DNA of 64,000 bases, taken from positions 68,765 to 132,764 of the forward strand of contig JAJDCD010000004.1 in the NCBI GenBank assembly GCA_029261035.1, in the 5' to 3' direction. Made by a program: the position numbers and the translations under genes. The notes below the pieces were generated by a model. The model worked only from the letters and a program-made list of their open reading frames with translations. It did no database searches and had not been told where the DNA came from. Origin of the DNA: Candidatus Omnitrophota bacterium (GTDB lineage: Bacteria; Omnitrophota; Omnitrophia; Omnitrophales; JACROU01). Positions 8,416 to 19,233 of the stretch are shown here, piece by piece (positions within the stretch are counted from its first letter, which is position 1; each line of letters opens with the position of its first letter).

Positions 8416-10201
8416 CCGTGGTTGGGTTCGTTTGTAACGGAGAAATGGTTGCAGTTAATTTTTCAGAACCAGAAACAGCAGATTTTTTAACTTCCACCTT
8501 TTCTTGTTTGTTTATTTTCCATGCCCACAAAACTTCATGACCTAATTTAGCAGCAGTCCCCCCACCTGACTTTCCATGCTCAATGAAAATGACAAACGAA
8601 ACTTCTGGTTTTTGGTAAGGGAAATATCCTGAAAACCATGCATGATCTTCTCCTCGTGAGGCTTGAGCCGTACCTGTCTTCCCCGCCACCTTCATAAAGG
8701 AAACTCTTGCATACTGACCTGTTCCATAGTCTGTTTGCACACAATTATACAAACCCTGCCTTACTGATTTTAGATCGTTGAGATTAATTCCCAACTTCTT
8801 TTTGGGGTGTTTAAAAATATCTTTTGCAAAATGAGGAGAAGGTAAATGATATCCAGAGGCAATAGCACCCATCATCCTCATTACTTCCATTGGAGTCACA
8901 GACAAGAACCCTTGCCCAATGGAGTAACTGATCGTTTCTCCTAAATACCATTTCTCTTTATATATTTTCTTTTTCCAATCCTCATCAGGAATAAGCCCTT
9001 TTCTGTAAGACAATTCCAGGTTCATTTCTTCTCCTAAACCTACACGCATTGACATTTCTTTCAACTCTTCAGGTTTCAACATCCGTCCCAAATTATATAA
9101 AAAGACATTACAAGATCTCTCTATAGCTTTATAAACATTGACGGGACCATGCCCTAAATGAAACCAACATTTAAAAGGTCTTGATCTAGGATTCAATTTA
9201 AAAAAACCATTACAAAAAAAGGTGGTTTTATTATTCAACTTTCCTCTATCAAAAGCCGTCAAAATCGTCACTACTTTAAATACCGACCCTGGTGGGTATA
9301 AGGACATTAAACCTCTATCTAACATAGGCAACGTTTTGTTCTTTAAATAAGAGATTCTTTCTTTACTTCGATTTGAATCTATAAAAGCATTAGGATCGTA
9401 AGAAGGGTGACTTACCCAAGCAATCACTTCCCCACTATTGGGATCCATCATTCCAATCGTTCCTGTGCGATCCGCTAATAATACCTCCAATTTTTTCTGA
9501 AGAGCAATATCAATAGTTAAGTAAACATCTTGCCCTTTCTTTGGTTTCCTTTCTGAAATCACAGAACTCAAACGCCCTCGAGAATCAACTTCAATCTGTC
9601 GACCTCCATTTTCTCCTCTTAAAATCGAATCTAATCCTTTTTCGACACCAGACCTCCCTATTAAATCATTTCGACTGTAAACACCATGATCATCTCTATC
9701 AAGTTCTGACTGGGAAATACGGCCAACGTAACCTAAAACATGAGACGCAATAGCCCCATGAGGATAATAACGTACTGCTTGAGTTTCAATCAACACTCCT
9801 CCGAAATCAGGCTTAGACTCCTCTAGAACAAAAAGAGTTTCTTGATCGATATCTCTTTTTAGAATCGCAGGCATAAAAGGAACTCTTTTAGCCTTCTTTA
9901 TCTTAGCTCTAATGTCTTCTTCGGAAATATTTAAAATTTTTGAAAGACGAGGTAAATCTTCTTTTGAAAAATCTTGCGGCAAGATTGTTACATTGTAAGA
10001 AGCTCTATTCCCAATCAGCAACGCTCCATTAACATCATAAACGTTACCTCTTGGAGCCAGCAGCTCTATTAAACGTATTCTGTTGTTTTCACTTTGTTTA
10101 TAATAATGAGCCCCCTTAATCACCTGCACATTAAAGAGTCCACCTATTAAAATCATTAGAAGAAAACTAATTAGTATTCGAAAAGAGTAAAAACGAAGCA
10201 T
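8399..10201 (-). CDS. mrdA: Penicillin-binding protein 2
   Basis: PPGSVFK, SCN, KTGTAQ motifs; mre cluster context. Confidence 0.95.
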   Translation of the reverse strand: MLRFYSFRILISFLLMILIGGLFNVQVIKGAHYYKQSENNRIRLIELLAPRGNVYDVNGALLIGNRASYNVTILPQDFSKEDLPRLSKILNISEEDIRAKIKKAKRVPFMPAILKRDIDQETLFVLEESKPDFGGVLIETQAVRYYPHGAIASHVLGYVGRISQSELDRDDHGVYSRNDLIGRSGVEKGLDSILRGENGGRQIEVDSRGRLSSVISERKPKKGQDVYLTIDIALQKKLEVLLADRTGTIGMMDPNSGEVIAWVSHPSYDPNAFIDSNRSKERISYLKNKTLPMLDRGLMSLYPPGSVFKVVTILTAFDRGKLNNKTTFFCNGFFKLNPRSRPFKCWFHLGHGPVNVYKAIERSCNVFLYNLGRMLKPEELKEMSMRVGLGEEMNLELSYRKGLIPDEDWKKKIYKEKWYLGETISYSIGQGFLSVTPMEVMRMMGAIASGYHLPSPHFAKDIFKHPKKKLGINLNDLKSVRQGLYNCVQTDYGTGQYARVSFMKVAGKTGTAQASRGEDHAWFSGYFPYQKPEVSFVIFIEHGKSGGGTAAKLGHEVLWAWKINKQEKVEVKKSAVSGSEKLTATISPLQTNPTTVVHAA

Positions 10202-10229
10202 TTAGATTTCCAAACTATTTTGATTAGTT

Positions 10230-10742
10230 TCACAAGCTATAAGAGAAATCATCCACCCGGTTCGCCGCTCTCTTTTCAAGAAAAGAGACGAGAAGACCTC
10301 CTAGTAGTGCTGTATATGCAGAGCTCCAGAAAAATGACACCCAGACTTCCGAAGCAATTACTTTTTGCTCCATTAAAACAGTCTCCAAAATAAACAAAAG
10401 AGATAAATTTGCAAATGAAAATAAAAACAAAATACTCGACCTCATAAGCAAACTATGTTTTTGAAGCTTTAAACTAAGAAAAGAAATAATACAACCTATA
10501 ACAAAGTAAGATAAGGTGGCAATCCCAAAATAACCTGTAGAAAATACATCCCTCAACAAACCTAATATCAAGGAAATTTGGATAGCAGATTGTCGATCTA
10601 CACAAAAAGCCCAAAAAACAATAAGAACTAGAAACAAATCCGGACGAATCAAATTAAATTCCAGAAACCTCCCAAGAAAAACTTCGAAAAGAACTATAAG
10701 GATGAGAAGAGTTCCAGATCTTTTAACGTTTGAGCTAAACAC
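10230..10742 (-). CDS. mreD: Rod shape-determining protein MreD
   Basis: Hydrophobic, RPDLFLV, GLLRDVFS; lies between mreC and mrdA. Confidence 0.85.
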   Translation of the reverse strand: MFSSNVKRSGTLLILIVLFEVFLGRFLEFNLIRPDLFLVLIVFWAFCVDRQSAIQISLILGLLRDVFSTGYFGIATLSYFVIGCIISFLSLKLQKHSLLMRSSILFLFSFANLSLLFILETVLMEQKVIASEVWVSFFWSSAYTALLGGLLVSFLEKRAANRVDDFSYSL

Positions 10743-11521
10743 AAAACCTCCTCTATATTAGAAAATTCTGTGAACGGTTTCACGACGGCAAATAAATGTA
10801 AACCATCAGACTCTTTACCTACAGAATCAACCTTACCTACAGGAATACCCTTTGGGTATATTCCTCCAATACCTGAAGAAACAATAGTATCCCCTATTTT
10901 AATGGTAGAATCTAAACTAATAAATTTCATCATTAACGTTGAAGAGCGTGTTCCGTAAATCAATCCTGTGTCTCTGGACTCCTGGCTTAAAACACTCACT
11001 CGAGAATGAATATCCGTTAACAAGATGACTTGAGCGGTATCTTGAGAGACAGAAACAACTCGTCCAACAAGCCCTTGATCACTAATCACAGCCATTTGCT
11101 TTTTTACACCTTGAGAAGAACCTTTATCAATCACGATCCCTTGATTCCAAAGAGAAATATCTCTAAAAATAATATGTGAAAGAATCACTTTGTCTGGCTT
11201 GTTTTCAACAAAAGGAATTAACTTCTCTAACCGTTCATATTTTCCATTTTGTTCTCTTAGCTGAAAAATTTCGGACTGCAATTGGTAAATCTCTTTCTGT
11301 AAGTTTTTATTCTGTTTATAAACAGTCATAAAACTTTGAGCAGACCCAATCCAGTCTATAGCTCTATCCGTAAAAAAATGAGAAGCTTGAAAAACAGGTT
11401 TGAATGTTTGGTTTGAGATAGAACGAATTGTTTCAGGAAAGGGCGTAGCCACTGAGGATAGCAACAAAGGAAAAATTGCTAAAAAAATAAGAAAAAGTAA
11501 AGCTCTAGGTCTCACCACCAC
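10694..11521 (-). CDS. mreC: Rod shape-determining protein MreC
   Basis: TM plus coiled coil, IDKGSSQGV, GLVGRV, SSGIGGIYPKGIPVG. Confidence 0.95.
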   Translation of the reverse strand: MVVRPRALLFLIFLAIFPLLLSSVATPFPETIRSISNQTFKPVFQASHFFTDRAIDWIGSAQSFMTVYKQNKNLQKEIYQLQSEIFQLREQNGKYERLEKLIPFVENKPDKVILSHIIFRDISLWNQGIVIDKGSSQGVKKQMAVISDQGLVGRVVSVSQDTAQVILLTDIHSRVSVLSQESRDTGLIYGTRSSTLMMKFISLDSTIKIGDTIVSSGIGGIYPKGIPVGKVDSVGKESDGLHLFAVVKPFTEFSNIEEVLCLAQTLKDLELFSSL

Positions 11522-11685
11522 ATCCAGTGTTCAAAAGGTTAAGGAATGTAAAACTTAAAACAAGAATTTAGACCTAAGATAACAGTACAGTTAACCAGTA
11601 AATTGCGGCTATTTTAAACAAAAAACCCTTAACCCAAAGTGCTTTTTATTAAAATAAATCTAGCTTTTAAGAGAAGTATAAAATA

Positions 11686-12744
11686 TTAAACGTTATGGTA
11701 TGTATTACTATGATTACTATTAACTGAAAGCTTTTTTAGTAAACTGATGTCACTCAAATAGCGTCCTGTCCCTAAAGCGATTGCAGTTAACGGATCATCC
11801 GCAATATGCACTGGTAATCCCGTTTCTTCCATGATCAACTTGTCTAAATTTCTCAATAACGCTCCACCACCCGCAAGAATAAGCCCACGAGACAATAAGT
11901 CGGCTGATAGCTCTGGAGGAGTTCTTTCTAAGGTAATACGAATTGCTTCTAAAATATGTGCCGTAGGCTCAGCTAATGCTTCCCTCACCTCTTCACTTGT
12001 TATAGTGATTGTTTTTGGCAACCCCGCCAAAATATCACGACCTTTCACTTCCATGGTCAATTCTTCTTCCAATGGAAATGCAGAACCGATACGAATTTTA
12101 ATGTCTTCAGCGGTTCTTTCTCCGATCAACAAGTTATAGGTTTTTTTCAAGTGTTGGATAATAGACTCATCAAATTCATCTCCACCAATACGAATACTTT
12201 TTGCATAAACAATCCCCGCAAGAGAAATAACAGCCATCTCAGTTGTTCCTCCACCAATATCAATAACCATATTTCCAGCAGGCTCTTGAATTGGAAGCCC
12301 AACACCAATTGCAGCAGCAATAGGTTCTTCAACTAAGTAAACAGGACTGCGAGCACCTGCTCTTTCAGCACTATCTTTCACAGCTCTCTTCTCTACCTCA
12401 GTAATTCCACTAGGCACAGCAATCACAACTCTAGGACTCACAAGTCTTTTATGTTGATGAACTTTTCTAATGAAATAACGGAGCATGCTTTCTGTCATAT
12501 CAAAATCTGCAATAACTCCATCTTTTAATGGTCGGATAGCAACAATGTTGCCTGGGGTTCTTCCTAACATTCTTTTTGCTTCTTCGCCAACAGCAACGAT
12601 GTTACTCGTACCTCGTTCAACGGCTACAACAGAAGGTTCGCATAGTACGACCCCTTGCCCTTTTACATAAACAAGCGTATTTGCTGTTCCTAAATCTATT
12701 CCGATATCGTTGGAGAACATCCCCATGAATTTACTGAAAACCAT
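11686..12744 (-). CDS. mreB: Actin-like MreB
   Basis: [24 protein letters not shown]. Confidence 0.98.
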   Translation of the reverse strand: MVFSKFMGMFSNDIGIDLGTANTLVYVKGQGVVLCEPSVVAVERGTSNIVAVGEEAKRMLGRTPGNIVAIRPLKDGVIADFDMTESMLRYFIRKVHQHKRLVSPRVVIAVPSGITEVEKRAVKDSAERAGARSPVYLVEEPIAAAIGVGLPIQEPAGNMVIDIGGGTTEMAVISLAGIVYAKSIRIGGDEFDESIIQHLKKTYNLLIGERTAEDIKIRIGSAFPLEEELTMEVKGRDILAGLPKTITITSEEVREALAEPTAHILEAIRITLERTPPELSADLLSRGLILAGGGALLRNLDKLIMEETGLPVHIADDPLTAIALGTGRYLSDISLLKKLSVNSNHSNTYHNV

Positions 12745-12877
12745 TTTGCTACCCTACTAGGTTAAAGGATTGAAAATTGAATATAATCTAATTGGTGTAT
12801 TTTATCTAAAAGACGCATGAAGTTCAACAGCTAATGTTAAACTCTGATTAATACTTTAAGTTGTTTTAGATTCTAGG

Positions 12878-14176
12878 TTAAGACATGGCCTCTAAATCCT
12901 CAAAAAAGCCTGGGTATGAGGTTGCCACACAATCAATATCCTCTATTTCCACCCCATCCTGACTCAAAAAGCCTGCGATAGCCATACTCATAGCAGTTCT
13001 ATGATCTCCATAGCTTTTCACCTTACCTCCGCGAATAAAAGCACGCCCATGAATAATACAACCATCTTCTTTTTCTGTAACTTCAACACCCATTGCTTTC
13101 AAATTATCACACATTGATTTGATACGATCTGTCTCTTTATTTCTTAATTCCTCAGCCCCTTTAATGACTGTTTCTCCAGAAGCCATAGCTGCTGCCACCA
13201 TTAAAATAGGTAGTTCATCAATTAATCGAGGAATCATTCTTCCCGTTATCGTCGTCCCTTTTAAGGAACTCGAAAAACACTTGATATCTCCCATGGGTTC
13301 ATAGTTAGACTCAACAAGTCGAACATCAATCTTGGCACCCATATTTTTTAATACTTCAAGAAATCCTGTACGAGTAGGGTTTAAACCAACACGTCTAACC
13401 GTAAGATAAGAATCTTCTGAAAGAAGTGCTGCTACAATAAAAAATGCGGCGGAAGAAATATCCGATGGAATTGAAAAGTCTAAACCAATTAATTTGGAAG
13501 TAGGATGCACCGTCACAGACTTGCGGCCTAATTCAAAATCAGCTCTAAAGAGTTCAAAAAGTTTTTCTGTATGATCTCTAGATTCAATCGGTTCAACAAT
13601 AGTCGTATCCCCTTTTGCTGAAAGAGCTGCAAGCATCAGTGCCGATTTAACCTGAGCACTGGAGAGTTCATTTTTAAATTCGATTCCTTTTAAAGGACCT
13701 CCCTTAATTGTCAAAGGTCCATGAGAAGCTCCATCAGGACCTTCAAAACTAGCCCCCATCTCTGTTAAAGGTTCTACAATACGCCGCATAGGTCTAGAGT
13801 TCAAAGATTCATCCCCTGATAAAGTTACTTCAAGTGGTTGAGCTGCTAAAAGTCCGGATAAAAGCCTCATTGTTGTTCCAGAGTTTCCTACATAAATTTC
13901 CTCGCTAGGCTGTTGAAAACCATCTAACCCAACCCCCCTAACTTCAACCTCATTTACACCTACTTTTATAGGAACACCTAATGCTTGTAACGCCTTAACG
14001 GTACACATACAATCTTCAGCTTCAAGAAAGTTGGTGAAATGACTAAACCCTTTAGCAAGAGCAGAAACGATTAATGCCCTGTGAGATATAGACTTATCCC
14101 CCGGAGGCGTAAAAACACCTCGAATGCCTGTCTCAATGGGTTCTATAAATTTACTTGTCGCTGTTGAATCATTCAT
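12878..14176 (-). CDS. aroA: EPSP synthase
   Basis: PGDKSISHRA, GNSGTTMRL, SAQVKS, KETDR, DHR. Confidence 0.97.
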   Translation of the reverse strand: MNDSTATSKFIEPIETGIRGVFTPPGDKSISHRALIVSALAKGFSHFTNFLEAEDCMCTVKALQALGVPIKVGVNEVEVRGVGLDGFQQPSEEIYVGNSGTTMRLLSGLLAAQPLEVTLSGDESLNSRPMRRIVEPLTEMGASFEGPDGASHGPLTIKGGPLKGIEFKNELSSAQVKSALMLAALSAKGDTTIVEPIESRDHTEKLFELFRADFELGRKSVTVHPTSKLIGLDFSIPSDISSAAFFIVAALLSEDSYLTVRRVGLNPTRTGFLEVLKNMGAKIDVRLVESNYEPMGDIKCFSSSLKGTTITGRMIPRLIDELPILMVAAAMASGETVIKGAEELRNKETDRIKSMCDNLKAMGVEVTEKEDGCIIHGRAFIRGGKVKSYGDHRTAMSMAIAGFLSQDGVEIEDIDCVATSYPGFFEDLEAMS

Positions 14177-14191
14177 CAGAAACACCTTTTC

Positions 14192-14422
14192 TTAAGAACG
14201 TCTAGTGTAATACCTTAAACGTTTAAATTCTTCAAACATTTGTTCTTGGTTATCTAAAACTTGCTGCATTTTGCTATCAAGGTTCTGCATATAAGCATAT
14301 AACTCTTTTAACCCAACTTCCGACTGCTTGGAATCTTGAGCTTGAACTCCTTGTACAATAAAAATAAGCGTAAGAAAAACTAATAGGACTGGAAGTAAGA
14401 TATTAAAAAAACGATTTTTCAA
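14192..14422 (-). CDS. Small exported coiled-coil hypothetical protein
   Basis: TTG start after AGGAG; signal peptide ending VQA; short heptad coil. Confidence 0.65.
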   Translation of the reverse strand: MKNRFFNILLPVLLVFLTLIFIVQGVQAQDSKQSEVGLKELYAYMQNLDSKMQQVLDNQEQMFEEFKRLRYYTRRS

Positions 14423-14444
14423 AACAACACTCCTTTAATTGTTT

Positions 14445-15149
14445 TTAAACAGCAATCGTTCTAGCTAAATCACCTTCTTGAATAGAAATAGGTCCATCCT
14501 GAACCACATCACAAGATGCTAAAGAATCATAAAGTTTTGTCACACTCACAGTGGCAACACCTTGTCCTTCGTGAACAATTTGAAATTGGTCTTCAATTTG
14601 AACACCGTCTAATTTCCCAACACCCACAACCACAAAACGATATTCTTTATTCACTAAAATAACTTTACCTTCAATAGCATTGAAATTTTCTTCTTGGGTG
14701 GCTATAGGCTCAACTTCTGTCGCTGTATTAATAAAAGAAGACCCAACAGAAACAGGTCCTGCTAAAGCGGAAGTTGTTGATTCAGGATCAAACAATTGAA
14801 CTCTTGCTTCTAAATCTTTTTTAGAATTTTCAAGTAACATGATCTTGTCTTCCCACTGCTTCACTTTACTTTTCCATTCCGCCAACTGCTCCCTATTTTT
14901 AACAATCTCTTGGGTTTTCATTTCAACAGATGATTCTAATTCTAATATTTGACTTTCAAAGCCTTGCTTAGATTCTTTTAACTGCAAATCTTTTTTAGCA
15001 ATTCTTTCTTGAAGTTCTTCAACTTGGTTCTTAAAAACAACACTTGAATTTTTCTCATTCTCAAGCTGTGTATATAAGTAAACAGTTCCAACGACAGAAC
15101 TCGCTGACAATACAAACAGAAAAATAATGCTCCCGTATAACAATCTCAT
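14445..15149 (-). CDS. Membrane-anchored coiled-coil protein with a C-terminal small beta-barrel
   Basis: N-terminal TM, ~100-aa coil, C-terminal GKVILVNKEYRFVVVGVGKLDGV...IQEGD. Confidence 0.7.
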   Translation of the reverse strand: MRLLYGSIIFLFVLSASSVVGTVYLYTQLENEKNSSVVFKNQVEELQERIAKKDLQLKESKQGFESQILELESSVEMKTQEIVKNREQLAEWKSKVKQWEDKIMLLENSKKDLEARVQLFDPESTTSALAGPVSVGSSFINTATEVEPIATQEENFNAIEGKVILVNKEYRFVVVGVGKLDGVQIEDQFQIVHEGQGVATVSVTKLYDSLASCDVVQDGPISIQEGDLARTIAV

Positions 15150-15256
15150 AATAATTCTCCTCTTAACGAAGTCCGATAATGTCTAAAATTGATGATCAAG
15201 CTGTATAGTCTATCATGGCTTGAGGGCAGGATCAAGAACCCTGAAACTAGGGGGTT

Positions 15257-16474
15257 CTACCCCATCTTCTTTTTAGCAAGATAAAGGTAGGTGAGGTCTT
15301 TTGCTCCCATACTCTGAGCTTTTTTGGCCGATTTAAGGGATTTTGGGTAATCTTTCTTATAGTAGTGTATTTTGGCTAGGGTTGCGTAAAAAGACCCTTC
15401 CCAAGGCGCTATATGGATGGCCTTCTCGATTCCCTTTATGGACTTTTTAAAATCTCCTTCTACCAGATAATACTCCGCCAGCAGAGCATAAGCATGGGCC
15501 ACATCAGGATGCTTTTCTACGGCCTTTTTCATGACCGTAATAGCTTTTGGATAATTCCCCTCTCTTGCATAAGCTTGCGCCATCATCAAATAGCTTCCTA
15601 TAAAATTAGGGTCTAACTCCATCGCGGTGTCTGTAACACTATTCCAATCAGAACTCATTTTGTAATAAGAATACACAAAGGCTAAATTCGTGTAAGCCAA
15701 AGCTAATTTAGGGCTCACCTTTAACGAAGATTGAAATGCCGATTTAGCCTTTTTAATAAGTCCTTGCCCAGAATAATAACTTCCTAAAGCCAAATAGTAG
15801 CCACTAAACAAATCTTTAGGTTCCAAAGTAGCTAAGTAGGATTTCTGCTCAATCGCTTCTTTTGATAAATGAGCAACACGAATATAAAATTGATCTGGAA
15901 AAATCATTCCAAAAGCTGTTGCTTCAATATTTATTTTTACTGTCCCGTCATCATATCGAGGGAAAATATGATAAGGAGCAAACACAGGATAAATCGGCAA
16001 ATCCAAAGCTTCCGCTAGTGCCAAATAAAGCGACGTCAGTCCCAGACAATTTCCTTGTCGATTCTGAATAACAGGAACTAAAAAAGAATCTTTATAAATT
16101 TGTTCTGGAGATTCTTCCGCAAATCGAAGTAAAGAATCATAGTACCCTAAATTGTTATTCCCACCTACCTGACTTGGAACTTTAAATCCCCACTTTTCAT
16201 AAATAAATTCTTTCAGTATAGTTAACTGTTTCTTCGGCCTAGATTCTTTTTCTATTACAGGTCGTATATCTTCTACCATCTGACGGAACTGTTCTCTAAT
16301 CTGTTTTGAAGAAAATTCCTTATCCACTTCTTTGGAAAAAAGAATGGCTGTCTCCAAAACAGATAAAGACTTTGAATGGAATAAGGCCTTCTCCAAAGCA
16401 ACCGAAGCCAGAGCGATCGTATGCGACACTAACAGTATTTGTATGATTAACACGAAACGGATTAATAGTTTCAT
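15257..16474 (-). CDS. Exported transglutaminase-like (SirB1/Transglut_core2) plus TPR protein
   Basis: GNCLGLTSLYLALAEALDLPIYPVFAPYHIFPRY...NIE, then TPRs. Confidence 0.8.
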   Translation of the reverse strand: MKLLIRFVLIIQILLVSHTIALASVALEKALFHSKSLSVLETAILFSKEVDKEFSSKQIREQFRQMVEDIRPVIEKESRPKKQLTILKEFIYEKWGFKVPSQVGGNNNLGYYDSLLRFAEESPEQIYKDSFLVPVIQNRQGNCLGLTSLYLALAEALDLPIYPVFAPYHIFPRYDDGTVKINIEATAFGMIFPDQFYIRVAHLSKEAIEQKSYLATLEPKDLFSGYYLALGSYYSGQGLIKKAKSAFQSSLKVSPKLALAYTNLAFVYSYYKMSSDWNSVTDTAMELDPNFIGSYLMMAQAYAREGNYPKAITVMKKAVEKHPDVAHAYALLAEYYLVEGDFKKSIKGIEKAIHIAPWEGSFYATLAKIHYYKKDYPKSLKSAKKAQSMGAKDLTYLYLAKKKMG

Positions 16475-16481
16475 CTTTTTG

Positions 16482-18383
16482 CTATTCCTTTGATACTTGT
16501 TTTAAGTCTGCAATAAACTCAGGATCGTTCACACCAGACCTTTGCGCGGCTCTTAAGTACTTCCATGCCGTAGGATAATCTTTTTCTTGATACGCAGCCT
16601 TAGCCATTAACTTTAATACTTGTCCGTTTTTAGGCAGATATTTATAAGCAATTTTCAAATTTCTCTTTGCTTCTTCCACTCTATTTAATTCTAAAAGAAT
16701 ATTCCCTTGCAGCTCATATGCTTTAAACGAGTAAGGGTTGCGTTTAAGCACTTTTAAATTCACTTTCACAGCTTCTTTCCAACGTTTTTCTTCTATATAG
16801 AATTGAACTAACTGAAGATTCCACCCTTCTTTTTCAAAGTAAGATGCATTTTGAATTGCTTTCTTTATTTCCTGAATTGCTAAGCCTGTTTGTCCTGTCC
16901 TAAAATAAAGTATCGATTGAGCATAAGAAACATTGGGGTTATTCGGGTCGAGCTCCTTCACTTCATTTATTTGTAATTGCGCCTGAACATACTTCCCTAA
17001 CGCCATTAAGCTTTGTGCTATTCCAATCATTGACTCTGAGGAAGCGGGTGCCATAGCAATTACTTTCTGAAAATTAGCTAAGGCTCGTTCAAACTGACCT
17101 GAATTATAATAAACAAGCGAAATAAAATACGAAGTGCTCCAAAGAGAAGAATTCTCTACCTCTGCTTTTCTAAAATACTCCATTGCATTCCATAACAACG
17201 AAGGGTCTGAGTAGATCCCCAAAAATAAATAACGCAAACCATGCGCTAATAATGTTGAGGCATCCGCCACCCCTTTTTTTAATGAGATATCAAATTGCTG
17301 TTGGGCTTTTTGTCTGTACCCTCTTAAATATTGCAATGTTGCTTGATAAGCTACCCCTTCAGAATCTTCTGGCCTTAGCTCTAAAAGAGCATGAATATAG
17401 CCTTCTGCTTCTACCAGTCCCATACGAATCAATTTAACCATAATCATTTTTCTCAAAACCCCCAGGTCGTCTGGGTATAAAGCAAGAATCTTTTCTAGGT
17501 ATTGTTCACATCGACTTGTATCTCCTTCATCCCAATAAAGATTCATTAATCCATAGATCGCCACTTCATCGTTCGAATACAGTTGTTCAGCTTCTAAAAA
17601 TTGTTTACGAGCTTCTTCTTTTAGTCCTTGCTCCAAATAAACCCATCCTAAGTCTGATTTTATTTCAGGGTTATCTGGAAACATTTCAACAGCCTCTCTT
17701 AATATATCCCCAGCCACTTCCAACTGATTCTGAAAGGCCATTACCTTCGCTACCGCATTTAAAAATATAACCTTCACTTCTTTCGAGGATAAAGCTCTAA
17801 AGTAAGCTGTCGTAGTTTCATTTTCGCTCCAACTAAATTGAGTTTTAAAATAATCTAAAGAATAGGTTCGACGACGAATTCCTACATCTATCGCTTTGCT
17901 GACTCCAGAAGTTTGAATCATCACTAAAGGGTATCGTGGAGCCAAAATCAAATGGAACGGTTCTCCGGTCTCTTCAGCCAAAGCTGCCCACAACCCTGCC
18001 AAACCAAGACGTCCTGCTTTTCTATTTTTAATAACAGAATCCAAAAACAAACTTGAAAACGCTCCCCTCCCTTTATCCGAAAGCCGAAAAGGGTTTAAAT
18101 TTAAGATATTCCTCTGAGAATCATACTCCACTTTCTTTTCTGAGAAGAGAAAACGTTCCCATTCTCGCACTTGTTTATTAAAAGATGCTTTTGAAACATT
18201 AGAAGAATTCAGTTCTTCCACCCACAGAGGAATAATCTGATTAGATTGACTATTAAAATTGGGGTTATATTCTTGAGATAGATCCAATAAAACCTGCGAC
18301 AAGGTCAGTTCTAAAGAAGAATCTGCAAAAACAGAGGGAAAGGAAAGGAAAACAATCAAAAGGGTTATAAGGGTTTTTTTCAT
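16482..18383 (-). CDS. Exported TPR protein with a degenerate transglutaminase-like domain
   Basis: Signal peptide; AGRLGLAGLWAALAEETGEPFHLILAPRY aligns to the neighbour's catalytic segment; many TPRs. Confidence 0.75.
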   Translation of the reverse strand: MKKTLITLLIVFLSFPSVFADSSLELTLSQVLLDLSQEYNPNFNSQSNQIIPLWVEELNSSNVSKASFNKQVREWERFLFSEKKVEYDSQRNILNLNPFRLSDKGRGAFSSLFLDSVIKNRKAGRLGLAGLWAALAEETGEPFHLILAPRYPLVMIQTSGVSKAIDVGIRRRTYSLDYFKTQFSWSENETTTAYFRALSSKEVKVIFLNAVAKVMAFQNQLEVAGDILREAVEMFPDNPEIKSDLGWVYLEQGLKEEARKQFLEAEQLYSNDEVAIYGLMNLYWDEGDTSRCEQYLEKILALYPDDLGVLRKMIMVKLIRMGLVEAEGYIHALLELRPEDSEGVAYQATLQYLRGYRQKAQQQFDISLKKGVADASTLLAHGLRYLFLGIYSDPSLLWNAMEYFRKAEVENSSLWSTSYFISLVYYNSGQFERALANFQKVIAMAPASSESMIGIAQSLMALGKYVQAQLQINEVKELDPNNPNVSYAQSILYFRTGQTGLAIQEIKKAIQNASYFEKEGWNLQLVQFYIEEKRWKEAVKVNLKVLKRNPYSFKAYELQGNILLELNRVEEAKRNLKIAYKYLPKNGQVLKLMAKAAYQEKDYPTAWKYLRAAQRSGVNDPEFIADLKQVSKE

Positions 18384-18445
18384 ATTTATACACAATCTCT
18401 TTTTAATCCATGGCTTTTGACTACTCTATCTTATATAATAACATC

Positions 18446-19222
18446 ATGTTAGATATTTTTAGAAATAATACAAAACTCATTATTTGGCTTATAGTTGGTT
18501 CCTTCTGCTTATGGGGTGTTGGCTCTGGTGTCATGTCAGGAACTTCAGGAGGGAATGCTGCAGGGAAAGTCTTCAACAAGAAAGTTTCAAACCAAGAATT
18601 CAATCGGTACCTAAAGATTGTCCAAATTTTTGGTGGTTCTGACATTGAAGAATTTACTCAAACACAATTAGAATCTCAGGCTTGGAAGCAAATCGCCTTG
18701 GCTATGAAGGCTGATCAATTAGGCTTCAAAGTTTCGAATGAAGAAGTTGGCACTCAAATCATGTCCAAAATGTCTGAACAAGGGGCCTTCGATCAAAATT
18801 TCTATGAAAGATGGGTTAAAAATGTTTTCAAAGAAAACCCAAGATCTTTCGAAGAAATGATGAGGCAAATGATAGCAACTGAAAAAATGATGGCTGCCAA
18901 TGTATCAACAACAACAATTTCTGATTTAGAACTCCAAGAACGCTATAAAAAAGCTTACCCTAACTCCAACGACGAGGATTATGATAAAGTAAAATCTGGA
19001 TATCGAATGGCTACGGAAGAGATATTACAGTTGGAATCTCGTGGTAATTTTATTAATGAAATTCTTGAAGAAGCTCAAATAGAAAGTTTTATCGAAAAAG
19101 AAAGAATTGCCGAAGAAGAGATGGAAAGTAAAATGAAACTACAGACGCCAGGGTCTCGTCTTTCAACTTACGTACCCAAACCAGATACTCTTTCGAAAGA
19201 AGAAACCTCAGAACCCAAATAA
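18446..19222 (+). CDS. SurA/PpiD N-terminal-domain periplasmic chaperone-like protein
   Basis: MLDIFRNNTKLIIWLIVGSFCLWG, AGKVFNKKVS, LGFKVSNEEV, GAFDQNFYE; no parvulin domain evident. Confidence 0.75.
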   Translation: MLDIFRNNTKLIIWLIVGSFCLWGVGSGVMSGTSGGNAAGKVFNKKVSNQEFNRYLKIVQIFGGSDIEEFTQTQLESQAWKQIALAMKADQLGFKVSNEEVGTQIMSKMSEQGAFDQNFYERWVKNVFKENPRSFEEMMRQMIATEKMMAANVSTTTISDLELQERYKKAYPNSNDEDYDKVKSGYRMATEEILQLESRGNFINEILEEAQIESFIEKERIAEEEMESKMKLQTPGSRLSTYVPKPDTLSKEETSEPK

Positions 19223-19233
19223 ACATTGAGGGG

